Shown here piece by piece: positions 35,012 to 51,039 of a stretch of DNA of 64,000 nucleotides. The stretch comes from Eledone cirrhosa (lineage: Eukaryota), in contig OZ024751.1 in assembly GCA_964016885.1 (NCBI GenBank), forward strand, positions 18,910,001 to 18,974,000, given 5' to 3'. The notes under the pieces were generated by a model, which saw only the letters and a program-made list of their open reading frames with translations, did not search any database and was not told the origin of the DNA. The position numbers and the translations under genes were made by a program. Within the stretch, counting starts at the first letter, position 1, and each line of letters opens with the position of its first letter.

Positions 35012-35735
35012 TGAGAGATGTATATATATACATATATATACATATATATGTATATGTGTTATAAATATGTATATATACATATATACATACGCACACACAC
35101 TCACACATACATATACATATATATATAAATATATATATGTGTGTGTGTGTGTAAGACACCATGACGGGAGAGTATATTTAAAGGAAGTGTAATACAGTAA
35201 TACAGTGCAATACAAGTGTAATATGGTGTATGCTTTATCAGTTAATTCTAGCAAGTCGAGCGCATGCGTACGGCATATACTCATCTACGCCATTTTGTTT
35301 TCATGGTTGTTCTAACAATTGTTTTTCTATTACTACATGCTGGAACATGACATTGCAAGTGAAAGGTGGCAATTATGCAGACCAATCAATAAATAATGTA
35401 ACAGTCTATTTTATCAATATATTTTTCCTTAAATTATTGGCGTTTTTTTTTATAATATTTGTTTTTTTTACGTTTTGGTATTGTTATTGTTGTTGTTTTT
35501 GTTGCTGTTGTTTTTGTTGCTGTTGCTGTTGTTGTTGTTGTTATTTCCTCATATAAGAATTCTGACGAAGCATGATTCCATTTTAGGTCTGTGTGTGTTT
35601 GGACACATTTGTTTACATAATGACAAAACAATAGGCTTACCGTAGCAATTTGCGTATGTATTATATTATGTATATATTATGTTATATACATAATGTATGT
35701 GTGTATAAGTGCGTGTGCATGTGTGTCTGAGTGTC

Positions 35736-35776
<41 letters not shown>

Positions 35777-35876
35777 TAGTTGCATAAATGCCAAAGAAGT
35801 GTGTATTTGTATTATTTTAATGTAGCCGCGTAGTTATATTACATATACTTCATTTATGTATATATGCAGCATATAT

Positions 35877-35928
<52 letters not shown>

Positions 35929-35981
35929 GTGTGTGTGTGTGTTTGTATATATGAATCTATATATCTGTGTTTGTATTTTCA

Positions 35982-36079
<98 letters not shown>

Positions 36080-36173
36080 CGTACATGAAAATGTACATAT
36101 GTATATATATATGGCGACTTACAAACATACATACACATATATAGATATTTATACATGTATGTGTCTATGTGCG

Positions 36174-36232
<59 letters not shown>

Positions 36233-36255
36233 TTATATAACACACATGCACATAG

Positions 36256-36366
<111 letters not shown>

Positions 36367-36900
36367 CATACAAACACAGACATATGTGTGTATATATGTG
36401 TACGAATATGCATGCATGTGTGTGATTATATGATATTTAGAATCTTAACGTGAATAGTAGGTAGTGATGTTTATGATACTGCTGCTGATGATGGAACTGG
36501 TAGGACGGTGTTCAGGGAGTTGACTGTTATTCTGTTATTCTGGTGTCCTGGTGTTCTGTGGGTGTTAGTGTGCTGGTGGGTTGTATGTACGTGTTTGTCT
36601 TTTTCTCTGCAGTAAATACGTGTTGTTTAACTTTCTAATTAGAACGTGATGGAGATTGTACGTTGTAGCCATAACTTTTACACTTGGGAATTGGTCTGTG
36701 TTGCTGTCAGTAAGAATATATTATTGTAAAAGAATCGCCAGGCAACAAGCAGTGGATGAATAGAAGAAGAATAACGAAAACGAAAACGAAAACCACGAAA
36801 AAAGAGAATGTTTAAACGCCTGTACCAATTCTAGATCAGTTTTATACTGACGAAAAATTTGGTATGGCTCATATTTGATTAGTCCGTTTAGAGTTCTTGC

Positions 36901-36937
<37 letters not shown>

Positions 36938-36950
36938 AGTGTGTGTGTGT

Positions 36951-37051
<101 letters not shown>

Positions 37052-37135
37052 GTAAACACAAATAACAATACAATCGGTACAGTATATGAAAGGAATATAT
37101 TAGGTTAACGCTTGAAATAGCACGAATAGGGTCTT

Positions 37136-37163
37136 GACGTTTCGGACGCTAGTCCTTCATTTC
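37136..37163 (-). other. Relic Penelope-type minimal hammerhead half
   Basis: Minus strand TGAAGGAC-TAGC-GTCC-GAA-ACGT-C. The CUGA box is lost; close to (AT)n. Confidence 0.4.
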
Positions 37164-37198
37164 TCACTCTTAGTACGGCTGTTATATACGTATACATA

Positions 37199-37272
<74 letters not shown>

Positions 37273-37744
37273 GAATATACGCGTATATTTATATATGTAG
37301 AGATATGTGTGTCTGACTGAGTTTGTATGTGTCAGAATAGAAAGCAATGTATGTATGTGTGTGTGTGCCTGTGTGTGTGTATGTGAGCATAGTTGTGTGT
37401 CAGTCAATGTGTGGGTGTGTATGTTACAAGGGAAGGGGGTGTTGTGTTGTAGTGTAGGGGGTTGGGAGGTGAGCATGCCCCCAGACCGTCGATAGCACTA
37501 ACTGTCTATGGAGGACCAGGCGAATTAATACATGACACTGGGTCTCCTAATCATGTAGGGGTGGGGGGTGTAGGGGGTGGGGGGGAGGACGATAAATAAA
37601 CATGACAGTTCCGGTTTTATAATTTCACCCTGTCGATGATAATGGGACCAGTGAGGTAGAGGGTGGAGACCGCGCGTGTGTGTGTGTGTGTGTGTGTGTG
37701 TGATGTCGATGGTTTGCAGAGAGGTGGTTGGAGGAATAATAGAG

Positions 37745-37792
<48 letters not shown>

Positions 37793-37883
37793 GTAAACAA
37801 ACACCTACTTAACGTGTTTGTATACATACGTGTACATACAGACACATATATATATAAACGCATATATATATATATACATACTT

Positions 37884-37936
<53 letters not shown>

Positions 37937-37951
37937 TAAATATATACAAGC

Positions 37952-38000
<49 letters not shown>

Positions 38001-38184
38001 TATATATTATGCATATATATATATATATATATATAGTAACTATATATATATATATGCATAATATATACTGATATATATACTGATATATATATATATATAT
38101 ATATATATTGTGTAACTATATATATATATATATATATGTTTGTATGTATATATATGCGTTTATATATATAAATGTGTCTGTCTG

Positions 38185-38225
<41 letters not shown>

Positions 38226-38280
38226 TATATATACATACATATGTATATGTATATTTACATATACGGAGGTGGGTACGAGG

Positions 38281-38432
38281 GCACATTACTGGTACCTTAT
38301 TTTATCGACCCCGTAAGGGATGAAAAGCAAAGTTAACCTTGACGGGATTTGAACTCAGACCGTAAAGGGACGTAACTATGCTGCAAAGCATGGCGTCCGA
38401 CCCTCTACCGATACTGCCAATCCACCGCCCTT
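38281..38432 (-). mobile_element. SINE family A (3'-truncated)
   Basis: Head AGGGCGGTGGATTGGCAGTATCGG and core on the minus strand. Confidence 0.9.
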
Positions 38433-38574
38433 ACAATAATACTACATAGATTTATACAATCTGGTCGAACATATAAATATCTACATAGATTTATGTATGT
38501 ATATAATCTTTTAATCTTTTACCTATTCCAGCCAACCGGCTGAGGCCATGCTGGGGCACCACGCTCAGAATTAC

Positions 38575-38644
<70 letters not shown>

Positions 38645-39027
38645 TAGTATATATATATATACATACATACGTGGGTCAAGAGAGAGAAAAGCGGGTGGAA
38701 ATTGTGCAGTAAAATGATTTGAAGTAATACGAAAAGTGAATATTAAGTTGTAAAACTTTACAAAGAACTATTGGCAAAAAGTTTGTGTGAAAAACTATGG
38801 AATGTGAATAGAGTAATAAAAAAAAAGTTGTTAAAGTGATAAGACGAAAGAAAAGAGACTAATGAATAAGAGAAGTGTTAGGAAAGAAAAGTGAGATGTA
38901 GCTTTCAGAAAATTGAGAAGAATTGAAAAAAAAAACGAGTGAATTGGCCAACTAGTTCTAAGTTCCTGTCTAATTGGGAGTTGAGACAGCTTGTAGCTTT
39001 TTCAATGGTCATATATACTTAAATATA

Positions 39028-39129
<102 letters not shown>

Positions 39130-39138
39130 CATATATAT

Positions 39139-39171
<33 letters not shown>

Positions 39172-39318
39172 CACACACACACCAACACACACACGCACAC
39201 ACATATATATATATATATACACACACACATATATATATATATGCATACATACATATAGATTTATAATATATTCGTAAATATAATTAAGTAATTAGTCATA
39301 ACGAAAACATGTTATATA

Positions 39319-39395
39319 CAGGGTGTTCCAAAAATATGTATACACGCTTCAACACCATTCTAATAAAAGTATGTACATTTTTTGGGGACACCCTC
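39319..39395. mobile_element. Tc1/mariner-type mini-MITE
   Basis: TA-CAGGGTGTTCCAAAAA ... TTTTGGGGACACCCTC-TA. Confidence 0.65.
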
Positions 39396-39479
39396 TACAT
39401 ATATATACATATATATATCTGTGTGTGTGTGTTTGTTTGTGTATGTAGATATATATATATATGTATAATAATAATACAA

Positions 39480-39536
<57 letters not shown>

Positions 39537-39644
39537 CAGTCATTGCTGTTTATGCATGGATCTAAATTATGGTACCATAACAAACAACCAATAATCATAT
39601 CTAGTGTATTGTTTTGCACAAAATTATTTTATTTTTTATTTCAC

Positions 39645-39729
<85 letters not shown>

Positions 39730-40427
39730 TTGTATTATTATTATTTTTTTTTAATTATTTTTTATTGTTGTTGTTGTTGTTATAGTTGTTGTTGTTGCTG
39801 TCGTCGTTGTTGTCGTTGTTGTTGCTATTGATATTGTTATTCTAACAATAATGATTTAGTATTCATTAGTAATGAATTTTCTTTTCTATTCCTTATTACT
39901 TATTTATTCTAATTATGTTTTTTTTGTTTTTTTTATCCAACTCTCCCTCTCTCTCGTCTCTATTCGTTCTGTCTCTCTTTATTCCTCATCGTCACTCTGT
40001 TTGTCTCTCCTTCACCCTTTCTCTCCTGCATTTTACCTCACTCTGTCACTTCGTTTCTTTCTCTCTCTATTGACACATACATACATAGGTTTCATTCACT
40101 AGACTATATAGCACATTGCTCTTTGGGTGCATAAGTTCAAAAGCTAACGGCGAATTCTTGCCAGTATAAATACTGTTAAGAGGCAAAATGAATTTAAATA
40201 CATCTTATATGATAAACTAAAAGCTTTGCCAACGGCATTTCAGCAGGAGGGCATATAATAGAACTCGCTTTTCTTAGTGTATTTTATGTGGCCATGTGAA
40301 AGGAAAATGTGTAGTGATTTTTTGTTGATTTTTCGTTACTTTCATACCCTGGGAAAGCGAGATTGTATAGGAAAGACTGGAGGTGAGAAGGGGACATAGG
40401 AGAGGTGTGGGAAATGTAGAGAGAGAA

Positions 40428-40487
<60 letters not shown>

Positions 40488-40716
40488 GGGAGTGGATGAT
40501 AAAATGGCCTCTATTCATTGCCGTTACCAGTTTCATATTTGACTGCAGGCAAGAAAAATTTGTGAAAAAGAAACTAGAATCTTAAAATATGCATATCATA
40601 TGTATGTATGAATGAGTGTCTGTGTGTGTGTGTGTGAGTGTGCGTGTGTATGTGATGTATTTATTTACCTATGTGTCTATCACTCACAATATACATGTGT
40701 ATATAGTGTATTTACG

Positions 40717-40753
<37 letters not shown>

Positions 40754-40755
40754 TC

Positions 40756-40791
<36 letters not shown>

Positions 40792-40809
40792 ATGTGTGTG
40801 TGTGTGTGT

Positions 40810-40914
<105 letters not shown>

Positions 40915-41051
40915 TGTGTATGCATCTATGTATGTATATACGCAGACTTTAATTAGACATATAATAATATTTAATATCATACTAGCACCTCGACATTCCT
41001 AAAAAAAATGTGTCTAATACATTGGATAATAAATTCTTTGGTACCAATAAA

Positions 41052-41346
41052 GATGTGAAGGTTAGAGTGCTTGGGTCAGAATCACGAGGTCATGATCTCG
41101 ATTCTCGGCAGAATATTGTCCTTGAAAAACACTTTATTTCACGTTGTTCCAGTGCACTTAACCGACAAAATGTGGTACCTGTAACTAAAAGAGACAATAT
41201 TGTCAAATTGCGTGAGGTTTGAACTGCCTGGAAACTATGTTATGGTTATACGTGCCTGTGGAATACTCAGCTATATACGTACACGCGTTAATTTTACAAG
41301 AATTCTGTTCTGTTGATCAAATAACTGCAATACTCGTTGTCGAAAC
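41052..41346 (+). mobile_element. Second tRNA-derived SINE family (B), CORE-like central region
   Basis: Degenerate A/B boxes (GGTTAGAGTGC; TCTCGATTCTC) followed by TGTCCTTGAAAAACACTTTATTTCACGTTG. Related pieces at 7785-8080, 47995-48090 and 51257-51317. Confidence 0.6.
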
Positions 41347-41884
41347 AAACCAAATCCCAAACAATAACAGCAACAACATTACAAGAAGAGGACGGTGTGA
41401 GTGGAACACCTTTAAGCATCGTTCTATTTAATCACAGTGAACCTGCAGCCAAACATCAACAACAAAAACGACACAAAAACAACATGGCAGCTAAAACAAA
41501 ATGGCCGTCATCAAAACTAACATTAATACGCAAAATGCAACATTATTAAGTTTCCGTCGCATATCCCATATTTAATTAATTAATCATTTATTTTACATAC
41601 ATATAAATAATCCCGAACGTCTTTTTATATATTTAATACAGTTTTTATATATTTCGTTATGGAATAGTTCACATTCCATCATTCTACCATTCTTTGGATA
41701 TTGTAATTTGATTTTCATCATTGTTTTAATATATATTATTCGATTGTTGTAGTTGTTTTTTTTTTGCTGTTTTTTTTGTATATGTATTTATGTTGTTTAT
41801 ACTGTTTATACTTCTGCGGGTGTCTTTGTCGTATTTTCATCTATTTATTTGTCATTTGAATGTACACGCACGCACACGCACACG

Positions 41885-41924
<40 letters not shown>

Positions 41925-41991
41925 CAGACACACGTATATATATATATATATATACATATTTATATATGAATATATATACATACAGACACAC

Positions 41992-42027
<36 letters not shown>

Positions 42028-42045
42028 ACACACATATATATATAA

Positions 42046-42109
<64 letters not shown>

Positions 42110-42455
42110 GTCTGTATATATATACATAAATATATACAACTGTATATATGTATGATTGGGTGTGTCTCTGTGTATTTAAATATTCTTATGAATAAAGGTC
42201 TGGTTGCGACATTTTAGAATGAAATTAATTTAAGGAATTAACAGACGACAATCAATATCTGTATATATACACTGTGTTGTTATAAATAATTTGTTTATAT
42301 ATAAAAACACTCAAACATACATGTGTGTGTGTGTGTATGTGCGTGTGTGTGTTTGTATGCGTGTGTGTTTGTGTGTGTTTGTTTGTGTGTAAATACATAC
42401 TAGAATCTGAGTATATGTATGTGTATATATGCACACATATATAATTATATACATT

Positions 42456-42507
<52 letters not shown>

Positions 42508-42615
42508 TATACATAGACACTATATATGTACATGTAGATATACACATATATATATATATGTATGTATATATGCGTATATATGTATATGTACATATAAATA
42601 AATATATATATATAT

Positions 42616-42671
<56 letters not shown>

Positions 42672-42896
42672 TTACATATATATGTACACACATACACACA
42701 CACACATATATATATATATATGCATATACATACACATTTATAAGTACATATGCGTTTATATTGTTATAACTATGTAAATTCTGTATTTATGTATATACAA
42801 ACAAAATGTCGTATGTATTTATACGTCTACAAATACACACATGTAAGCGTGTTATTACATAAATCGTAACAAAGACATAAAAAATACTTTAATATC

Positions 42897-42951
<55 letters not shown>

Positions 42952-43268
42952 ATAATGATTTCTGATATGACGACAATAACAACAACAACAGCAACAATAA
43001 TAATATCTCTAAGCTCCTGTGGAAGAAGAATAGAAACCAAATCTGACATTAGCAGCTGAAAAATCGTATTTCGAAGTCGGCCATCTTATCTTTGGCCTCG
43101 TTGTGAGGGAGGTGAACGTGTAACTGACACATGCCGGAAGATAACTTCTTAAGCTCAGTAGATCATAAATCCCTTATATATCAATCAATTAATGAGATCC
43201 CTGTCAGGTGACTGAGCTGGGAGGATGTTTGTTTGTTTATGAAGGTCTCCAGTAGTAAAGATCGTAGG

Positions 43269-43342
<74 letters not shown>

Positions 43343-43542
43343 CAAGAAGGAGGGATGAGCAGGCGTATGTTTGAGAATAAGATTGTGATGGAGATGGGCA
43401 AAACTTTGTTTAAACCTGTAAAGAACATGACGGATTGTAGATATAGAAAAACATAGATATATCTACACACACATATGTATATATACAAAAATATAATCAC
43501 TCATACTCATATATATATATATATATAAATATATATATGTAT

Positions 43543-43575
<33 letters not shown>

Positions 43576-43644
43576 CTATATATCTATATCTATATCTATA
43601 TATATATGTATTATATATATATATTTACATACATATACATACAC

Positions 43645-43708
<64 letters not shown>

Positions 43709-43783
43709 CACTGTCTCCCTCTCAAACACATACTCATTCATTCATTCACTCTCACATTTACTCACACTCTCTCCTCTTTTTCG

Positions 43784-43823
<40 letters not shown>

Positions 43824-44062
43824 CTCTCTTCCACACTGTTTCTCTTCTCGTGTATATGAAAAACACGCTATAAACAGTCAACTCAGAAAACCGTTATGAT
43901 TCTCCATACGTTTTGACTAAAACAATAAAGCTTTATCAAACATTACATATCTCATCTCTTTCTTCCTTACATCCAAGCACATATCTTGGTGTCAACCATT
44001 AATTACCCACAAGCTACTCGTAAATATCGTTACCAGATTTGTTTTTCTCCCGTGGATGTTTA

Positions 44063-44445
44063 ACTTTCGTTACAATAATTGTTTCTACTTTAGGCACAAG
44101 GCCAGCAATTACCCAGTGCATTATTGGTACTTTATTTTATCGACCCCGTAAGGATGAGAGGCAAAGTCAACCTCGGCGGGATTTGAACTCAGATCGTAAA
44201 GGGACGTAACTATGGCGTCCGACCCTCTACTGATACTACCAATCCACTTTCGTTACAATAATTGTTTCTACTTTAGGCACAAGGCCAGCAATTACCCAGT
44301 GCATTACTGGTACTTTATTTTATCGACCCCGTAAGGATGAGAGGCAAAGTCAACCTCGGCGGGATTTGAACTCAGATCGTAAAGGGACGTAACTATGGCA
44401 TCCGACCCTCTACTGATACTGCCAATCCACTTTCGTTACAATAAT
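44063..44445 (-). mobile_element. Tandem dimer of SINE family A bounded by three copies of a 17-bp TSD
   Basis: ACTTTCGTTACAATAAT at 44063, 44246 and 44429 (period 183). Confidence 0.92.
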
Positions 44446-44631
44446 GACTCAGATGTTGTTGAAAGATTTCGAAATGAGTTTTAGTTTGTAGCATAATTCT
44501 ATGAGATGTTCCAGGTTCCATCTTGCAGCAATTTTACTACGGCCAAGTATATTGTGGATGATTCCATTGACAGAACCATGATCGATCAATAGTCACTCGA
44601 CTGTTTTAAACAGAATCATGTTACCCTATAA

Positions 44632-44852
44632 CAGGCATGTCAAACTAAGGGTCCCCAGAGAGCCACATGGGTCACACATGTGGTGTCTGAAGGACACGCT
44701 CGACAACTAAATGCACACATTTCAACTACTTTTATTTTTATTTTATATTACGAAAATAAAATATTCTCGCGCTGTAAAAACCTTTGTGCGAGCCACAGGT
44801 TTGCTTGTAAAGGGCCACATGCGGCCCGCGGGCTGCATGTTTGACATGCCTG
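44632..44852. mobile_element. hAT-type MITE, second copy
   Basis: Perfect 14-bp TIR CAGGCATGTCAAAC/GTTTGACATGCCTG; decayed 8-bp TSD CCCTATAA/ACCTGTAA. Confidence 0.85.
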
Positions 44853-45873
44853 ACCTGTAACACATGAAATCAAATCACTTCTTTGATTGTATTTCTGATG
44901 AGGACAAAAACATTGTACTTATTGCCCCAGTCCATACAGATGTCGTTAATAGGGGTCATATCTACGGGGGGAGGAGTTATGAGTAGTAGATTACCTTCCT
45001 ATCCAGGTGCGTAGGGAGATTTATCCGGTTGTTTCGTTTAAAAGCTTTTCGGGGCTTTGAAGTTTTATTTGTTTTAATAATGTGGGTGTAGATGATGGAG
45101 CGTCGAGAAAAATATCCTGTGTTCTGAGTTCAACATAGTCCCTCTACATATTTAATTATGATCCTTTGATCATAATTAAATATGACCCTTTGATCATAAT
45201 TAAATATTATCCTTTGATCATAATTAAAGTAACAATCAAAAGGTGGAGGTCCGTTTAATCGACTAAACATTTCTCACAAACATTTCTGACCTGTGCCTAG
45301 GTTTGTGGTTCCCTCCATTTGCTTCTCTGAATTCCATGTCCATAAGCTACAGGTATGATTATTCAGACAGCAGATAATAAGTGTAGCTGCGTCTGCAAAG
45401 CACTTAAGAGAACGATTCCAATTGGTTAATACGATACACGTGGTCGAATGTGAGGGAAATTGAAGAAATGATTAAGTGATATTCATTTACTGGTTTCAGC
45501 CATTTGAATTCCGGCAAGGCTGGGGCACTGCCTTAAAGTGTTGATAAATGTAACAATAATGATGACAATAATAACAAAATGATCCTCACCAAATATAACA
45601 ATATGTGTTTCAACACACGGTTTCATATCAAAAACCTTGCAAAATAAATACATCGTTGTTGCAATATTATAATAATTGTTAACAAAACATAAGACTAAAG
45701 ATTTGGTGAGAGTGGGATCTGTGGTGAGAGATTTAATTGGTCACTGTACTTGATTGGTATTTTAATTTATTGATCCTCAAGTAAATGTAAGGTAAGTTTA
45801 GCCAGATAAGATTTGAACCTAAAACTTATAGAGATGTTACTAAACATCACACACACTCAAAAACTATATACAT

Positions 45874-45985
<112 letters not shown>

Positions 45986-46215
45986 CGTCGCTCTATCGAT
46001 TCTCCCAATCAATAATATTAATAATAATATAAAGAAGACGAAGAAGAAGAAGAAGAAGAAGAAGAAGAAGAATTTGCCAAAGATTTCGAAGAAAACAAGA
46101 AACACTTTTTGTTTGAAGGACTTTTTACTTGACATGTATAATTCTCTTATTTATATCCTTAAACACGTACACACACACACACACGCGTATGTATTTACAC
46201 ATATATAAATATATA

Positions 46216-46253
<38 letters not shown>

Positions 46254-46317
46254 AATATATATATATGTATATAAATATATATATACATATATGTATATGT
46301 ATACATATATATACACA

Positions 46318-46428
<111 letters not shown>

Positions 46429-46533
46429 TATACATATATGTATATGTATACATATATACACAGACATATATATATACACATATATATATATATATATATG
46501 TATATAAATATATATATACATATATGTATATGT

Positions 46534-46648
<115 letters not shown>

Positions 46649-47400
46649 TACATATATGTATACATACATATATGCACACACATGTGTATATATAGAATAT
46701 ACATATAAAGTTACATATATGGATGGTGTTGTTGTTGTTGCTGTAAATGGTAGTGGTGGTGGTTGTGGTAGTGTTGTTGTTGTTGTTTGAAGCTGGTGTC
46801 GGTGATAGTGAGGAGGGTGTAAGGAGGAAGATATCTGTGCTTTACAGACACCATTTATCCGAAACTTCTCTGTGTTTCATATTTATTTACTTAACTCTGA
46901 CTTATATTGATGATAGCTTATCTCTGAATCTGCTTCTATAATGCCATTTGTCTCAGGTAACTAGATGCATTAGTATTAGCTTGACTCACTCACTCACTCA
47001 CTCACTCACTCACTCACTCACTTACTCACTCACTCACTCACTGATGTATAGGAGATGCTACGGAAAAGATCCCTTCTAAACCTGATGAGAAACGATACGG
47101 TTTCGATCTACTGTCATTCTGATGTTCGATCTTTTACTGTGCTTTCTTTGTCATTTGACGGCGGCCATGCTGGTTAACCCTTTAGCATTTACATTACTCT
47201 ATATATACTATTTTATTTTTATGGTGAAGGTTTTGTCTTACATAATTATCTCACATAATATCGAATCTATGAGATTTTGGTGTTATTTATTTTGAGATCA
47301 ATACCTTAACATAAGTATGAACGGTCAGTTATGGCTGGTTTGAACAGAAAAGATGAGAGAATTCTGGCCAGATATGGCCTGTTTAAATGCTAAAGTGTTA

Positions 47401-47515
47401 AGGTAGCAAATTCGTAGAATCGCTAGAACGCCAGACATTATGCTCTGCGGAATTCATTTCGTTTCTAGTCACTCTGAGTTCAAATCTCGCCGGGGTCACC
47501 TTTTTATCATTTCGA
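47401..47515 (+). mobile_element. Old, diverged SINE family A head
   Basis: TAGAATCGCTAGAACGCC...CTCTGAGTTCAAATCTCGCCGGGGTCACCTTT. Confidence 0.55.
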
Positions 47516-47792
47516 TGTGAGAAGGATATCTACATGAAGTATCGACCCCAGTCTAATTTTGGTGTCGATACTTCGTCTACATCTATGTCTCTCTTCCTCG
47601 CACTTGCACTCACTCCTTCTCTTGGAGAAATCGGCTGTGCTCAAACCTGAGAAGGGACGGGCACCGCTAGGTTTAAATGATTAAGACACACTATATAAAA
47701 TTACGGTGCCCATACGACTCAATCAGCGGTTACTGGTTTTTACATATATGCTGGGTGACCGCATTTAAGATATTTTTTCTGCATTTAATTAA

Positions 47793-47979
47793 AATAATTG
47801 TTTCTACTTTAGGCACAAGGCTAGCAATTACCCAGTGCATTACTGGTACTTTATTTTATCGACCCCGTAAGGATGAAAGGCAAAGTCAACCGCGGCGGGA
47901 TTTGAACTCAGATCGTAAAGGGACGTAACTATGCTGGAAAGCATGGCGTCCGACCATCTACCGATACTGCCAATCCACC
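47793..47979 (-). mobile_element. SINE family A with 8-bp TSD
   Basis: AAAATAAT at 47791-47798 and 47980-47987. Confidence 0.9.
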
Positions 47980-48249
47980 AAAATAATGGAGAAAGTGTTG
48001 GATTCACGACCATAAGGCCGTGGGCTCGATTCCTAGACTGCAGAGTACATTGTGTTCTACAGCAAAATAATTCTTTCACATTGCTCCTTCAGCCAGGAGG
48101 TGCGACCAGCAAATAATATCAACAATGGAAAGTCTAATGAAAATATTGTTAACATTGTCTCATCTTTACTATTGGCTTGATTCCTTTCACATTTTTTATC
48201 ATGGTTTTCTAAATATTTTTCTACATTCTCCCTAGCTGATTAGTTCCTT

Positions 48250-48480
48250 ATAACGGTTTATGATTTAGGCACAGAGTCATCAAATCTGGTGGCAGGGAAT
48301 ATCGATTAAATCGACCCCAGTGCGTTATTGGTACTTTATTTTATCGATTTCGTAAGGGCGAAATACAAAATTAACTTTGGTGAGATTTGAACTCAGAACG
48401 TAAAAAAAAAAAAAAAAGCTGTAATTATACGCCTCAAAGCACATTGTCTGACGCTCTACTGATACTCCCAATTCACCGGC
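48250..48480 (-). mobile_element. SINE family A, long variant, diverged
   Basis: TCGATTAAATCGACCCCAGTGCG...GATTTGAACTCAGAACG...CTCTACTGATACT. Confidence 0.75.
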
Positions 48481-48499
48481 CTTGATCAGTTCTTCATAA

Positions 48500-48610
48500 T
48501 GCTTTCTTTATTAACCACAAGGGTTTACATAAAGTAGACATTAAGGACAGTACAGGACAATACAGGACGGTACAAATGGGCATTTCTGCGTGTAAAAAAA
48601 ACAGAGGATG
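48500..48610 (-). mobile_element. 3'-UTR remnant of a Tx1-related LINE
   Basis: Minus strand TGTCTACTTTATGTAAACCCTTGTGGTTAATAAAGAAA resembles the 3' end at 60004-60041. Confidence 0.5.
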
Positions 48611-48621
48611 TAATAAAAAAT

Positions 48622-48729
48622 AATAATAATGGTTTCTTATGTAGGCACAAGACCAGTAATTTGGGGGGAGGGGAAAGTCGATTAAATCGACCCCAGTGCG
48701 TGACTGGTACTTTATTTTATCGACCCCCA
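48622..48729 (-). mobile_element. SINE family A, 3' fragment (long variant)
   Basis: Matches 2256-2345. Confidence 0.8.
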
Positions 48730-48943
48730 TAAGCTCTTCATAATAAAAGTAGAAAGTATGAGACAATCAGATACAATCTTCTGATACAAATGTTGAATAA
48801 AATTTCTTTTTTCAATATTTACCAACAAAGTATGCGTCTTAAACATTATATACATGTTACCGGTGTGATGTACAGGTTTATGTTACTATATATAAAGGAA
48901 TGCTAATATATCTTGCTTTAAACTTCTGTCTTTCAAGGTCTTT

Positions 48944-48983
48944 TGTAGATTTCTTTTCAAAAATTGATTCTTGAGATATCTTG

Positions 48984-49022
<39 letters not shown>

Positions 49023-49023
49023 C

Positions 49024-49089
<66 letters not shown>

Positions 49090-49165
49090 GCATACACGCA
49101 CACACACACATATATATATATATATCAAGATATCTCAAGAATCAATTTTTGAAAAGAAATCTACA
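48944..49165. repeat. Inverted repeat enclosing an (AT)n tract
   Basis: TGTAGATTTCTTTTCAAAAATTGATTCTTGAGATATCTTGA-(AT)-(GT) is mirrored at 49092-49165. Confidence 0.9.
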
Positions 49166-49549
49166 TATATATATATATATGTATATATATATATGGGACG
49201 TGTACACACGTATGTACACACATATTTATACTCATGCATATATATATAAGTACATTTGGGATTATAAACGGAATAGTAGTAAAATATAAGTATAGATACA
49301 TATATACATTTTTATTCTTTCCCGTATGAGCTCTCATTCTGGATAAGTTTCAACATTATATGTTTGTCTATCTATCTATCTTTCTTTCTTTATATCTATA
49401 TATCTATCTTTATCGCCATCGATCTATCTCTCTATTTATCTATATATCTGTCTATCTATCTATCTGTCTAACTATCTACATCTATCTATATATTTATTTA
49501 TGTATTTATCGTATCTATCTATCTATCTCTATATTATCTCTACATTATC

Positions 49550-49641
<92 letters not shown>

Positions 49642-49729
49642 GAGATGTATTTATCTCATCTATCTATCTATCCACATCTATCTATCTAAATATATATATT
49701 TATATGTCTATCTTTCTCTTTCTCTCCCC

Positions 49730-49771
<42 letters not shown>

Positions 49772-50058
49772 CAATCTATTTATTTATATATCTATCTATC
49801 TATCTCTCTCCCCCTCTCTCTCTCTCTATATATATACATATATATATATAAATCTATTTATTTATCTATCTATCTAACTATCTATCTATCTGTTTATCTA
49901 TCTATTCCTGTCTCTCTTTCTCACCCTCTCTCTCTATATATATATACCTGTCTAGCTCTGTATCTATTTATATCTTTCTGTCAATATGTGTGTGTGTATA
50001 AATGTGTATATGTTGCTATATCACCTGCTTCTCATACTTTTATAAGAATTATATATAC

Positions 50059-50111
<53 letters not shown>

Positions 50112-50177
50112 GATGTGAGTGTGTGTTCTGAATATTGTGTGTAAACAAAATTCTACATATATACACCTATAAAATAA

Positions 50178-50372
<195 letters not shown>

Positions 50373-50397
50373 TTATATATATATATATATATATATA

Positions 50398-50463
<66 letters not shown>

Positions 50464-50532
50464 GGTAAAAGTACATATTTACGCATATACATATTTGTAC
50501 ATATACTTATACACACACAAGCACGCATACTA

Positions 50533-50570
<38 letters not shown>

Positions 50571-50908
50571 GCACATACACACACACATATATATATATAT
50601 TTACATATATAAACAGATATGCGGGTGCGTGCGAGGCGTGGATATATCATAGAAAGTGACAGTTGGACCGTTCAGTATTTTTGGCTGACATTTTGTCAAT
50701 AACATGTACAGAAGAAAGCGTGGAACGGTGCACCGTTGCGGTGTGCACTCCAACAAAGTATATCCGGTTAGCGAGCGTGTAACATGCTTTTCTAACTTGA
50801 TACACTCGAGATGACATAGATTCCGATTTACCTGTCTGAAGACAGGTTTAATCTAAAGAAGAAAAGAAGAATCTAAGAATGGCGTGTCAGTATAACTCGT
50901 GAATATGA

Positions 50909-50940
<32 letters not shown>

Positions 50941-50966
50941 ATAGACATACACGCACATACGATCGC

Positions 50967-51039
<73 letters not shown>

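Noticed and set aside
45151-45228. Short palindrome plus 24-bp tandem triplication
   Set aside because: Local slippage product with no further structure.
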